A stretch of 64,000 nt of DNA from Macrostomum lignano (Eukaryota), in assembly GCA_002269645.1 (NCBI GenBank), contig NIVC01002519.1, positions 101,358 to 165,357 on the forward strand, given 5' to 3'. Below, one piece after another: positions 12,701 to 25,249 of the stretch; the first letter of the stretch is position 1, and each line of letters begins with the position of its first letter. The position numbers and the translations under genes were made by a program. The notes below the pieces were generated by a model, which did not search any database, was not told where the DNA came from, and saw nothing but the letters and a program-made list of their open reading frames with translations.

Positions 12701-15700
12701 GATTGTCGGTTTTTGTATTGGTGATTGTCGGTTTCGGTAATGGTGATTGCCGGTTTCGGTAATGGTGATTGTCGGTTTCAGTAGATGTTGATTGTTGGTT
12801 TTTGTAATGGTTATTGGTTGTTGATTTTGGTAGATATTGATTTTCGGTTTCTGTAATGGTGTTAGTAGATTAAGGAAATGGTGATTGTCAGTTTCGGTAA
12901 AAGTGATTGTTGGTTTCATTTGGTGTGGACATTGGTTTCATTTGGCACGACACAAATGTCGTTTGTTGCAAAGGGCTTTGAGTTCCATATCTCTAGCAAC
13001 CATGATTTCCAGGGACAATCGGATTGTCCTTTGTTTCCTGGGGTCAAGAAACTGAGTATAATGCAGAGCCTAAATCAAATGCAAACACACAATTTCGGCG
13101 TTCTTCAAGGATCTTAGCCTGACAAAACAGACATTGATCGGCATTGATTCGAAATGAATTAAATTGCCCACGCAAAATGTACTACAAATCGATTAGCATT
13201 GATCCCAGTGCGTGGGTGTCGTTGCAAGTGGAACTTTGAGCTGGTCCCTATAGAGCAGCCTTTGAAGTTTCATCGTCATAGGAAAAATAGAAATAGCAAT
13301 CAGGGAGAGAAATCTCAGAAACTCGACAGCTTCAAACGTCGAGCTTTGATCACGCAAAGGAGATTCTTGTTCGTTTCCAAAAATAACTGCCCAAACGTGT
13401 CAATAATTCTAAGATACAGTAAAAGCTTAGTAAAACTCAGAAAACGACTCACTTATTAGTTGGGCAATTCACCATAGCCGAGCTGATGTTCTGATCCATA
13501 AAGAACAGCATGGACAGCGGGATCGCCAGACCAAATGCACCGAGAATGGCTGTCCATGGCAGCGGTTGGGCAATCACAAAGACAAGATGCAGCTGACGAT
13601 TACAGGTAAAGTTCTCCTCTGAAAAATGCAATTATAAACAAAATTCAAGGCTCTCTTCTCTTGCCAATACTGTTCATGGTAACCAATTAGTGAGCTCACG
13701 GTAGACATCGCGGAACAAGTAGGTTCCAAAGAAGGACATAACCAGCACTGACACGGGCAGGGAGAAGTCAGTGATCAGCTCTCGTTTAGCCCGGTTTAGA
13801 TATGGCCTGCAATTTCAGCATTGGAATTGGAGTCATTTAGTTAGTCAGTTGGGGGCATTTGGGGCTCTGCGATCGGATCAAAACAGACTGACACCTGCTT
13901 GCAGCTATTAATTGACAGCACGTCTTTTGCAAGAGGCCAATATATGTTAAGTAGGAATTCTAAAACCGTTGCACCGTAGTGAGCCAAGTACGGCTGGTTT
14001 TTTTTCTAAAACCACGTTTGTTAACAGCAAGACATTGTTGATAGATGACCAGCAGTTGGTGGCTAAAGGTAGCAATTGACGTACAGGTTGCCAACAAGTT
14101 TCATTGCATTCACTTTTCTTTTAACGGGAAGAAACTAGTCTGTCATTTTACGAGTTAAACATTTTTCTATCGTGCAATATGGATGAGCTATGTAAAAAGG
14201 GTATTTTTAAGTAAAAATCTTAGTTACGAGTTTTTAACACTGATCTGCATTTGATGGTTCAAATGATTTCAATGCTTCGAAACTGAGCTGTGCTGACAAA
14301 AGTAAACTATGAAGTAGGAAATAGCTTACGTTTTAGTAAAATTCAGTAAGTACATCGACAAGAACACGGTGCCCAGACAGAGCAGCACAAACAGAATGCT
14401 GGTGTCCCGATGACACACTTTAGCGACAGCAACTGCCGACGCTTCGGTGACGTTCGACAAGCCGCCAGCGGCCGCCACAGTTGTTGTCACCAGCACTGTA
14501 GTTGTCGTTGCTAGGGCGTCGTCAACGGTGGAATTACTAACGGAGCCAGCTCCCGTTGTAGCGCTCTCGCAGTAGAATTTTTTAAAGTCTGCTCACGGAC
14601 CAATGATACATGTAAATCCAATCATTGTTAGATCAAAATGGTTCCACATTTAAAATAACTTACTGCTATATACGCTTTTGAAAGCGTCCACGGTGAAGGC
14701 CACCGAAATGAACAGCGCGAATATCTCCTCTGTGCTTCTAGTTGACCAGCGCATCAGCTTGCTCAGGTCAAACATTGAGTATAGGAGCAGCAAGAATGCG
14801 TTGAATAGGCCTACCCAGCCGAAGAATGCAAAGAAGTCCAGCTTGTGCTCTTTGCTCAGATCGTATATAACTAAAATGGTTGCAGAATCGTTGGTAGACC
14901 GTCGACCATCATCAGTTGAGAAGGCAAGCGGCACACGCAAACCCACGCGGATACGTTACTAAGGCCCACTTGAAGTTACAGGATGCTAAATTTACTCGCA
15001 TTCAACGGAATTTTATATTAAAGCCCGATTTCGCCAACAAAATATGTAACGTTAGAGATAAGAAGTTAGGAAATCTTCAGTTTTTTAGCTATAAACTAGA
15101 GATGTAGTCTCCCTACGGGTGGGACTGTTAAGAAGTTAAGATCAGAACGGTATGTTTGGAGAAATATTGCCCCGGTTGACAGTCTCCAGTGAATGGCATT
15201 CCCGAAAAATTTACATGAAAATTAGATAAACCTACGAAGCTATACTTTGGGACAACACAAATGCCGCGGCTTCATGTGGCTGTTTTAATAACAGAAGGAA
15301 GCCACTCGTCCACAAAATGCTGGAAATTGTGTGGATTTTCCGTCTCGGTAATGCGAAATTCGGCCTTTAATTTCATTTTCTTAGAAAACGAGCGTTGCGT
15401 CCTTGTACAGTGGTAACTTCTGGGGCTCCTACGCAGGCACACACTCACACAGGAGTGTACAGCGGCTCAAACTTTATTTATCGTTAGGCATGTACACTTC
15501 ACTGTGCCTTGGGGTTGGCCTTGAAGGCCGTTAATTGCACGAGCAGAGCCAAGCCGAGATTCCAATTTAGCTCCAAATTAATGTGACTGCACTTGGAATC
15601 GAGCCTGGACCTTTGTAGTAGATTGTGGATACCCGATAAAATATCTTATTTAGAAAGGGAATGAAGAACCAGAAATTCACGCTTGGCGAAGTAGAAAGAT

Positions 15701-18700
15701 TTTTTACATAGGAAGTTCTTTAGTGTCTAACCATGTTCTCTAGTGCCTGGCGAACTTATACCAATCTATTCTCATCAGGTCTCTCAAGTGCAAAAGCCAT
15801 TAGACACGAGTTTCACTTCTCTCAGCCAACGCGCACTGGAACCCGAGTGGCATCGTAAAGAAATATTAGGTTATAACCGCTGCGCTGAGAACTCGAGGCT
15901 TCCATAATCTCGAATCTCGAACCCCATGCCAGGTTGCCTCAGAAGAATAAAGTGGTTCCCGCAGTGGATCATCGCATCGACTCTCTCCTCCTCTCTCCAG
16001 GGAAGCGAACTCAGCCCCTACTTGAGGTGGCACTTTGGCCCAATTTTCATCCCGCCGCTTGCTGTTGAAGCCTTCATCCTTCGGGCACTGCATCGCCTAC
16101 TAGGCTGCAAGATCCCACTGGACTCTGACACGCTGCAGCGCAAGTCTGCCTCGGCAGAGATAGAGCTATAGAAAGCGGAATTTCCACTGCCCGGCCAATA
16201 ATCTGAATGCTAATTACAAAACGAACTTTAGTTCGCATAGAACCGGGGTACGAAATTAAGGCTTTCGTCTTCTCTTTCGGTCATCCTTTTAAGCCCAGGC
16301 CTACTGAGACAGGATGCGAAAGAAGCTAAGCTAAGATGCGAGGAACCATGAGTAGTATTTATCTCACTGGGCCGACTGATTTCTAGTAGCCTCGCGTCTC
16401 TGGCAAGCCAACGGAAAACTCGATCCCACGACTGCCTGCCACCATATTAGCTAGTTTTCCTTCAGCACTACAAGATCCTGTCCGAGAGTAGAAGAGGCAC
16501 TTTGGAACGCCCGCCCTCGCATAAAGTGCTTCTGCACTTTTCCCACTTTGGCATTCCCTCTTTGGTCATTCCAACTTCTGTGTTGCTTTAACCTCCCGGA
16601 GTGTCCAAATTGAGAATCAGGAGGTTCAAAGGTTCAAAATCAAATACAATACTAACATCTCTATCCTTGCCCTTTTAAGTTGCTGAACCTCTCAAAGCCG
16701 CAGAAAATCTTAAAATATTATAGTTACCGAAAGTTTGCATTGCAACAAAATTATTGTAGTGTAGGTGTGTCATGACTAATGATAAGGCCATGACACTAAA
16801 ACCTACTTAAAATGATGCAATTATGAATACAGTTTCGGCAATTGATTGCTGCATTTATGCACAGTTTAGAACTTTTTAGTATCTTAGTTAGCTTCACTTA
16901 TTTATTCCGCAAAAGTGCAACACCAGCGGCATTCCATGGTGTACTAAGTAGCAAACCAGTTGGCAGGGAAACCATCTGGAACTATTATTAATTGTTCCAC
17001 TCGGACTGCTTGCAACGGACCTTTATTTATTATTATCGCTGATGCAGCACTGATGCTGTGGAGAAGAACTTTACCTGCTTTTTATTGCTGGCATCCATCT
17101 TTTGCCAAATTTTTTCCCTGGAAAACCCCAATTTGCAGTTTAGCATTTGTGCGCGGTTCGGGCAAAAAAGTGCATCCGGTACTTATTACTATAGTCTTTA
17201 TGGAAACCGAATCCAATGGTGAACTTTCTGCAGCACAAACAAAAGCAGTAATTTGGTGAACTCTTTTGCCAGAATGAGGAAACGCCTCCAAGTATTTTAA
17301 CTTCTTAACTGGACTAGCAAATGTCGCAAAGCAGAACCACAGGAGAAAACAAGTGACAGCTGAAACAGAATGACGCCGCACTTCCATATCCCGGGTGTTG
17401 TGTTCGCTTAATTAACTTGTGATTACATTTACAGCGAGGCGCATTCCTGCTTCATTTGAAAGTTGGAAGTCCAGACTTGGAGATTTTGGTGATTTACTGT
17501 TAAAAAGAAGCTGAAAACTTTCCAGCGTCTTTCTGCTTCAGAGCAGTGCATGGTAGAATCACTGATGCAGACAGTAAAAGATACGACGACAAGGGCCTAT
17601 GAACAAGGACGCTGAAGTCGACTTTATTAGAAATGAGATGGAGGCCGATAAGGAACGTGTATTGGTCGTATCGTCAGCAGAGTGCATTTAGTCAAGGACG
17701 ACACAAGTAGGACGGGGAAACTACATTTCTTCTCGGAAAATTTTAGGAGGCAGTTTTTACCGTAAAAATAGAATCGAATCGATAGAAAGGAGACCCAGTG
17801 TTTATCTTTTGATTTTTATTATTTTATATAGCTAATCTAAGAATGATTAAATAGATACATAAAATCAAAAAAACCCAACTAGGATGCTTTGCTTGTAACA
17901 TTTCATGGTAAACAAAGCCCAATTTAATTTAACTTACTTCTCGTGTACAGCGCTAGCGGTGCCGTAGTCAGCATGACAATCAGAGGCTGCCCTCCTAATA
18001 GTGCGAATGCGATGCCAGCAATACTCTGCGATAGAATTACTCGCTGCACCGCTGAAATGATTGGTTTCGTTGTAAATTTGTGCTGTTGCAGTGGTCAAAG
18101 AAGTACATTTTTTATCTCGTCCGCGGGGCTGTGTGCACCCTGGTGCACTTTTAGCGTCATTGTCACACAAACCGGTGAGAGGCTTTACGAGTACATCCGC
18201 CCATTCCGCCGACTCCCCTGAGCAGGCAAACAAGCGCGCGGATACGTACGCAGTCATACGCACAGGCACACACTCACACAGGAGTGTACAGCGGCCCTAA
18301 CTTTATTTATCGTTGGACGTTAAGCATGTACACTTTACTGCGCCTTGAAGGTTGACCATCAAGGGCGTTTTAATTAACTGCACGAGCAGGGCCCAGCCGA
18401 GATTCCAATTTAGCCCCAAATTAATGTGACTGCACTTGGAATCGAGCCTGGGCGGCTGGCACACCAGAGCGCCGCGCTAGACCTGGCCACGGCCCCCCCC
18501 CCATCACGTCGCCCAAAGCACTAAGGAAGAATTAAAGAGTTAAAAACCTAATCGACTTACTGATCATGCCTCCAGTTTGATTGTCGTTCAGAACTCCGAA
18601 TGCAATGCTGGGCATAAGGCAGGCAAAATATAAAAATGTGATGGTTGACATCACCTTTCTCGGGGTTGCGTTGCCGCGAAGGCCTAGAGGCAGAAAATTG

Positions 18701-21700
18701 TTGAAATTATCGAGCATTTTGAATGTTTTCTTCAATATATCAAGTGAAATTCAGTATTGTACGAGAGATATCCGGAAAGTTCTGACACTTTTTCTCAGAG
18801 AAAAAAACGGAAAAGGAAACAACTTTTGTGTCATTTAACAGCGGCACATTTCTTCCTTCTGATACATGTTAAGTTTAACTTATTTTGGTCATTTTATTAA
18901 AATTTTAAATTGCTTTCAAGCATGATTTTTTAAAGTAATGACCAAACTACCCCAGATTGAATTGATTAGAAAGAAGAAGCGTGTCGTTTTAAATTGTCAC
19001 CAAAGTTGTGTTCTGCAGCTGCTTCCGTTTCTTTGGTCTGGGATTAAAACAGGGACTACTCAAATACCGGGATGGGAAACTAGGAGTTTTTTACGAGGCT
19101 GGCTGGTAGTCCCTGGATTAAAAGTGTCCGAACTTTCAGGCCACGCCTCGTACAAAATCGGAACTGAAACCGAGGCGAAACGCACCGTCCATAAAGTCGG
19201 ACGGATAGTGCGGCAGGCGGCGCTTGAAGTCCGCCCTGATTCCGTTGCACAGCAGCCAAGTGCTGTCCTGAAAGAAACATTTACGAGCTAATTGACGTTC
19301 GAGTGAACATGGATACAAGCAGGAATTAGTAAAAAATCGATGTACGAAATCATGTACAACTAAAGTCAAAGTTCTTGAAGGAGTCTTACTGGAAACCGGG
19401 TTTTATTTACTTTTTAAAAGTACTTTACGTTTTATCAATGTAAATTTCACGTCGTTGTTTTTCCGATTTATATCTTTAATGCTATAGAAGGGAATTGTAA
19501 CGCGACTTTGGTCGCCTATTGGCTAGAGCTATTTAATGCACGAGAAATATATATCGTGATTACAAAGTTGCCCAATAGTCAGATTTTCCGGCTTTAATGT
19601 CTATGGCCACTCGTCCGCGCGCACGCTAGGCATAGACATTTAAGCACGTACTTAAAACCGACTAATGAACTCCTCATTTTTGCTGATCGGAGTTTTGTCC
19701 ATGGTAAAACAGGAAAACGTCACTTGACGGCATGCAAAATTCAGTTTTCATTTCTTTTTGTTAGCCTGAATAAGAATTTTTAACTAAGAGTGGTAGCATC
19801 CTTTCAAATTAATAGTCCTTGCATGGCAGGTGCTTTTTTTCAACTTACGTAACTAAACGCTTGTGACATGAAGTCCTTTGTGCGCAGACTTTTCCGTCTG
19901 TAGATTTTCTGCTCTTCTCCTAGATCCTGGGCATGGCCCTGCAGCATCTCCTTGAACTCGGCCTCCGTCTCGGCCAGAAGAAGTCGCTGGCGAAAGTCGC
20001 TGTCGGCCAAAATCGTAGCAAATGTCCTACCGAGCTCGATGTCACTCTTCGTACCTTTCTGCAAATCAATATTTGATTAAAAAATTTAGCATCGCCATAA
20101 GAATTCTACATCGTCTTATGAGCATTTTTCTAATGATTGACCAGAGGCATAATTCTCACCTCTTTTGTTGGCGTTACAACGAGCAGCACAAAGTACACGC
20201 CTTCGGACGAGCGGCCCAGGTTAACTGGGCTAGCGAGTCGGGCGATGGCCACGTGTCGTTTGTGCACACCGTTCAAGGAGCACCTGGGTTTTAGGAATTC
20301 AGAAAAAATGATTTAGCTACTCTTTATTAATTAATAACTATCAGAAGCATTACCATTACACAGATTATTCTCGAATCTTACATGGTGCATAACCAACTAT
20401 TGTCGGTAATCAGGCCTTCATTGTCGATGATCGATATGCTTTTAATAGTCTTGGCTAGTCTCTGATCTGCAAGTTAAAATGAGCAGTCATTCGAGTTAAA
20501 AAACTTTGTAATTCTTTGAAGTACAAAGACTCGCAATATGAATTACGCCTGCTTACAAGTGTAGTCTAGCCAACTGGCCTGAAGGAACAGAGTCTTCTTA
20601 GCCTCTTGAACCTTGGCATCGAGCCAGTTGCTACAGTCAGCCTCGTCTCGACTCGAATGAGACTCCTGATCGGCTCGGAAAATTGATTGCAGCATCTTCT
20701 CAACGATGCACTCAATATTGGCTCCTTCGAGATCCAGCAGCAGGGTGGCTTCCTTCAGAAAGCGTTCGATGTCTAAATTGGCTCGCACCTCGCTGCTGAA
20801 ATCCTTCAGCGGTATCTTCTGTTGGAAGCGGTTTCCCAAAGGTTTTTGCTGTTATTGTTTTTTTTTCTATGCTTTACCTTGATTATCTCACAGAAAGTTT
20901 GCAACACTTACCTCCAGCCGTGACACAACCAGACAAGGTAGTGACTCGTCTGTAATGGCATAAAATAATTACGAGTATTATGAGCTTGAACTGTAGTTCT
21001 TGGAAAATCAAATTGAAATTGAAATCCAATTAACGAAATACATTCCCTCATATATAGTTATTGACTAAACATATTGGATACTTAAAAGCAATCAGAACCG
21101 CGGTCAAGTTCACCGTTGTATGAGGACGTAGCACTTAATTTCGCTTAAAGTAGGAACTTTTAAGTTTGGTATCATTGCATTGTCAATATCTAACCTAAAG
21201 GGCTTCCAATATTACATGCACTTCCTTGAATACATGAATTCCTTTTTTAAATCTGTCGGAAGTAGGAAAACTGCGATCGTATCTGAAAATCCTGAAGTCT
21301 AAAATCCGACTGGAAAAATCAGCGCAGGAAAAAAAATACATTTTGCTTCAATTTGCGCGTCTGCCTGACATTTTACAGTAGCATCTCTTTTCTGAATTTA
21401 ATTCGATAAACTTGTCCGATGCGAAATCTTCCTATTAATAGCAGAAGGTTAGAAGTATATTCCATCTTTCTTATAATGGCTTCAAAGGTATTGTCCTTTG
21501 TGTGTTACTTGTTAAAATTTTCCGAACGTGATTTACACCGCATTTACTGTTACTCAATCTAGACGTCATGCTCTGCAGGCCTGCCGGAGGCTGGGCTGGC
21601 TGCAGTAAGTCGCCGCCAACAACTGCAACACCATCGAGACCGTCGCCATTCCATTCGATTGAGTAGTCGTCGCTGAGCACACTTTGCACTCGGTGGATTT

Positions 21701-21704
21701 CCAT
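6794..21704 (-). CDS. SLC4A11: SLC4A11-like anion/proton transporter (sodium bicarbonate transporter-like protein 11 / BTR1 family), 859 aa
   Basis: Exons (minus): 21704-21509 (candidate first), 20949-20912, 20818-20557, 20466-20382, 20283-20160, 20058-19849, 19267-19186, 18683-18561, 18051-17938, 14870-14664, 14588-14330, 13806-13700, 13618-13453, 12312-12136, 9692-9497, 8583-8414, 6857-6794. All GT-AG with matching phases; total 2580 nt. Family motifs: [161 protein letters not shown]. Confidence 0.93.
7245..7440. repeat. Minisatellite (gccctgtgtgactttgcccc.. units in a 57-bp higher-order period)
   Basis: Tandem units visible; they explain ORFs 7100-7396, 7200-7424 and 7231-7470. Confidence 0.85.
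7861..8223 (-). mobile_element. tRNA-derived SINE, family A, full-length copy
   Basis: Minus strand starts ggccgtagcccagcggtagcgc (A box) .. ggctcgattcc (B box). It has a conserved body and ends in an A-rich tail (aaaaaaataaat). Near-identical copies occur elsewhere in the window. Confidence 0.8.
9800..10499. mobile_element. 700-bp non-autonomous DNA transposon with about 260-bp TIRs
   Basis: 9800-10060 is the near-perfect reverse complement of 10238-10499 (ccaaggacgacttaagtagaagg..). Flanks share ttttta (9794-9799, 10500-10505). A diverged partial relative lies at about 17692-17830. Confidence 0.85.
11340..11825. repeat. 16-bp repeat array (gtgatatttcgggttt) with inverted copies on its left; probable transposon subterminal repeats
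   Basis: About 15 tandem units at 11480-11740; the reverse-complement motif cataaacccgaaa occurs at about 11365 and 11403. Confidence 0.65.
12380..12900. repeat. 21/22-bp minisatellite (ttggtgattgtcggttttgta) in an SLC4A11 intron
   Basis: Tandem units; they explain ORF 12335-12919. Confidence 0.9.
15431..15608 (-). mobile_element. SINE family A fragment
   Basis: Matches 7998-8175 (acgcaggcacacactcacacaggagtgtacagcgg..ggaatcgagcctgg). Confidence 0.8.
17082..17387 (-). CDS. Intron-nested small ORF with a signal peptide (possible secreted protein or pseudogene)
   Basis: [29 protein letters not shown].., 101 aa. The frame stays open for 45 more codons after the TAA (to 16944). It lies inside the SLC4A11 intron 14871-17937, on the same strand. 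Confidence 0.35.
   Translation of the reverse strand: MEVRRHSVSAVTCFLLWFCFATFASPVKKLKYLEAFPHSGKRVHQITAFVCAAESSPLDSVSIKTIVISTGCTFLPEPRTNAKLQIGVFQGKNLAKDGCQQ
18106..18496 (-). mobile_element. SINE family A, near full-length copy
   Basis: Same head, body and tail as 7861-8223; it sits immediately upstream of the SLC4A11 exon acceptor at 18052. Confidence 0.8.
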
Positions 21705-22020
21705 TTATTCCAAAGAATAATTCCGCGCTGTACAGCAGAAATGTGCAATTGCTAGAAGATGGCTATCTCTACAAGCTTTATGCAATATGTTCAGAAAAGA
21801 ATTCCCGGATGTCAATTGCAAACCTTTTAAAAGCAGATTTCGCATTCTTGCCCTCTTTGATTGGTCGACCGGCTGCTTCTGAACAGAATGTTGTCTTCAG
21901 CCAATTGAAGCAAAAGTATTCCCATAAAGAGAGGTCTTGCTGCATGATTGAAGATCTAACTACTAGTGCACGTGGTCACGGTGGCACAGAGAGTGTACCT
22001 GTTTGACAGTTGGAAAGTCA

Positions 22021-22125
22021 GGCCCGCTGTACCCCTGCGTGAGCGTGTGTTATGAGTGCATGCCTGCGTACAGTATTGGCGCTTGCATGTGCTCTCAGGA
22101 GTCAGCGAAATGGGCAGAATTGCCC
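22021..22125 (+). mobile_element. Diverged SINE-A-related body fragment
   Basis: ggcccgctgtacccctgcgtgag..gcctgcgtac..ctcaggagtcagcgaaatgggcag resembles the SINE A body in the opposite orientation. Confidence 0.5.
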
Positions 22126-22929
22126 CCCCCCCCATCGTGCACTCAGCTCGTATAGAGCCCCCGTTTGTAATCTAACAACTGTCAATTAAAGCAGATTAAA
22201 GGAAACGATAGCATGAGTAGGGCTAATAGAAATAGAAATCTGATGTCATAAAGAAAATGCGATAATGTTCGCAACTGCCTACTATTAACTACTATTTGTC
22301 AATAGTAGCGTGCTGCAAATATTAAAATGTTTTTATATCAAGTTGCTAATTTTTTGAGGCGTCGATCGCTCTACACCTCAACTCATAGCAGCTCAAAACC
22401 TTGTGATCAGCTCGCAGAAAGGATAGGGATGTTTCCTGAGAACAACGCAGTCAGAATCAGTCACATGATCCCTCTGTATGGGGAGAATATCCCAAGAAAA
22501 CATCCGCTTTTTGAAATCCAATATCGCCAAAAAAACCAGAAGTCAGACCAGCCATATCCGTCTTCTTTCATTTATTTTACCTCAAAGTCACGAATCTGGA
22601 CTCTGTCCCGCCCACCTATTTGCAGAGAGCACTGGCTGCCAAATCTATGCATGCGTGAAATGCCTGCTCAGTGTCGTCTCTTTCTACTTAAAGAATCACA
22701 TGGAACACTGGAAGTTTGGCAGTTCAAGGCAGTTAGCTCATCAGCAGAGCTAACGTTTATTCGTTAGTTAGGTATCTGTTGATGCAGGGTTATGAGTGAA
22801 TTACCAATTCTTGAATACAGAGAGGATATTTAGAGTGCAGATTTAGAGTTGAGAAGTAGAGTATTGATTTAACAAATGTCGCGAATTCGTTCACTTATTT
22901 CAGGGCGCATAAATATTGGCAGAAAGAGA

Positions 22930-23395
<466 letters not shown>

Positions 23396-24026
23396 TCAAA
23401 TAGTCATAATAAAATAATTCAGAATTCGTTTTGCAGCTGCAAAACGAAAAAAAGATATTTAACTAACTTTATATAGCGAAGCCTCATAGCCAAAGGAATC
23501 CTTTCATCATCTTTTGAAGTTCATTCTTGCATCTCTCATTTTTATGATTAGATACTCGTTTCATTTTATCCAGTCTCCCTTGCTTCCCCGCTCCTCTCCG
23601 GCCCCAGGAAGTGCGGCCGGGTCGGCAGGGTGATGTTTTACCGGACCACTCGGCAAGCTCAGCCACCCGAGCTCTGCTCGAGTTTCTTATCCCTAGACCC
23701 CGGGGGTCGGGCCTAGCAACTACAAGCGACGATTTATAGTTATAAATGAAGACTTGCTCTCTTAGCTAGGCAGGTGAAAGTCAGAATAAGTTGGGCCATC
23801 CCTCAGTGTTGCACTCAATAGAGTATTATAAATTTGACGACTTGCTTCCTTCCCTTTTCTAGAATGCCCCCGTCGCGTCGCCTTCACTTTCTGTCCAGAA
23901 TCTCAGCTCTTCCTGGCTTGCCTCATCAACAGGCCACGCCGAGCTTCAAATAGGAAATGCGTGGGTTGGGACTGCGCTTGCTTGTTTGAAAGCTTCTCTT
24001 TGCTGCAAATTTTATTTGCCGCCTTC

Positions 24027-24745
24027 GGGATCTCGGATCTCTGATCGGGATCTCTGATCGGGATCTCTGATCGGGATCTCTGATCGGGATCTCTGATCGG
24101 GATCTCTGATCGGGATCTCTGATCGGGATCTCTGATCGGGATCTCTGATCGGGATCTCTGATCGGGATCTCTGATCGGGATCTCTGATCGGGATCTCTGA
24201 TCGGGATCTCTGATCGGGATCTCTGATCGGGATCTCTGATCGGGATCTCTGATCGGGATCTCTGATCGGGATCTCTGATCGGGATCTCTGATCGGGATCT
24301 CTGATCGGGATCTCTGATCGGGATCTCTGATCGGGATCTCTGATCGGGATCTCTGATCGGGATCTCTGATCGGGATCTCTGATCGGGATCTCTGATCGGG
24401 ATCTCTGATCGGGATCTCTGATCGGGATCTCTGATCGGGATCTCTGATCGGGATCTCTGATCGGGATCTCTGATCGGGATCTCTGATCGGGATCTCTGAT
24501 CGGGATCTCTGATCGGGATCTCTGATCGGGATCTCTGATCGGGATCTCTGATCGGGATCTCTGATCGGGATCTCTGATCGGGATCTCTGATCGGGATCTC
24601 TGATCGGGATCTCTGATCGGGATCTCTGATCGGGATCTCTGATCGGGATCTCTGATCGGGATCTCTGATCGGGATCTCTGATCGGGATCTCTGATCGGGA
24701 TCTCTGATCGGGATCTCTGATCGGGATCTCTGATCGGGATCTTTG
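24027..24745. repeat. Near-perfect 13-bp minisatellite (cgggatctctgat), about 55 copies
   Basis: Identical tandem units; they explain ORFs 23926-24786 and 24012-24875. Confidence 0.97.
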
Positions 24746-25249
24746 ATCCTCTGATCATATTTTTCTTTCCTACAGGCTGTACGCAATGCTGCATAGCAAC
24801 CAGAAAAGCAGCTCTTGTCAGAAATACCGGGTACACTCCTATCCCCATGAATAATTCAGCTGCCATCGTGAACAAATGGAGTCCCTGTCAAGCGATTGAT
24901 ACGTATGAACGAGCTAAAAGCATTTCGCTTGCATGTATAAATTTCTAGATTGTATCATCCGTTCAATAATGCAGCGCTGCAATGTGCTTGAGCTGAGATC
25001 AAAGCAAATAGCAACAGAAATGTTTTAAAACACTCGACACTGTCCTCTATGCATAGTTGGTGGCTGATTCGCAAACTGCAATTTTGCCAGGAAACAAAAT
25101 TTTGTGTAAGTTAATCTTCGCTCGCAAACTCATACATTATCATAAACTCACGAAATCAAGAACTCATTCATTCATCAATTCGCCCATGAACTCATGCAGT
25201 TCATAATTCGCAATTCATATACACTATACATTAGACAACTCGTCAACTC

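Noticed and set aside
15860-16620. GC-rich coding-looking stretch in an SLC4A11 intron
   Set aside because: Probably a TE relic, but no diagnostic motif or termini could be identified.
22327-22767. 146-aa plus-strand ORF, and other plus-strand exon-like pieces (34470-34610, 38960-39050, 45030-45125, 47640-47780)
   Set aside because: No recognisable motif and I could not chain them with consistent phases; an antisense gene is not excluded but is unsupported.
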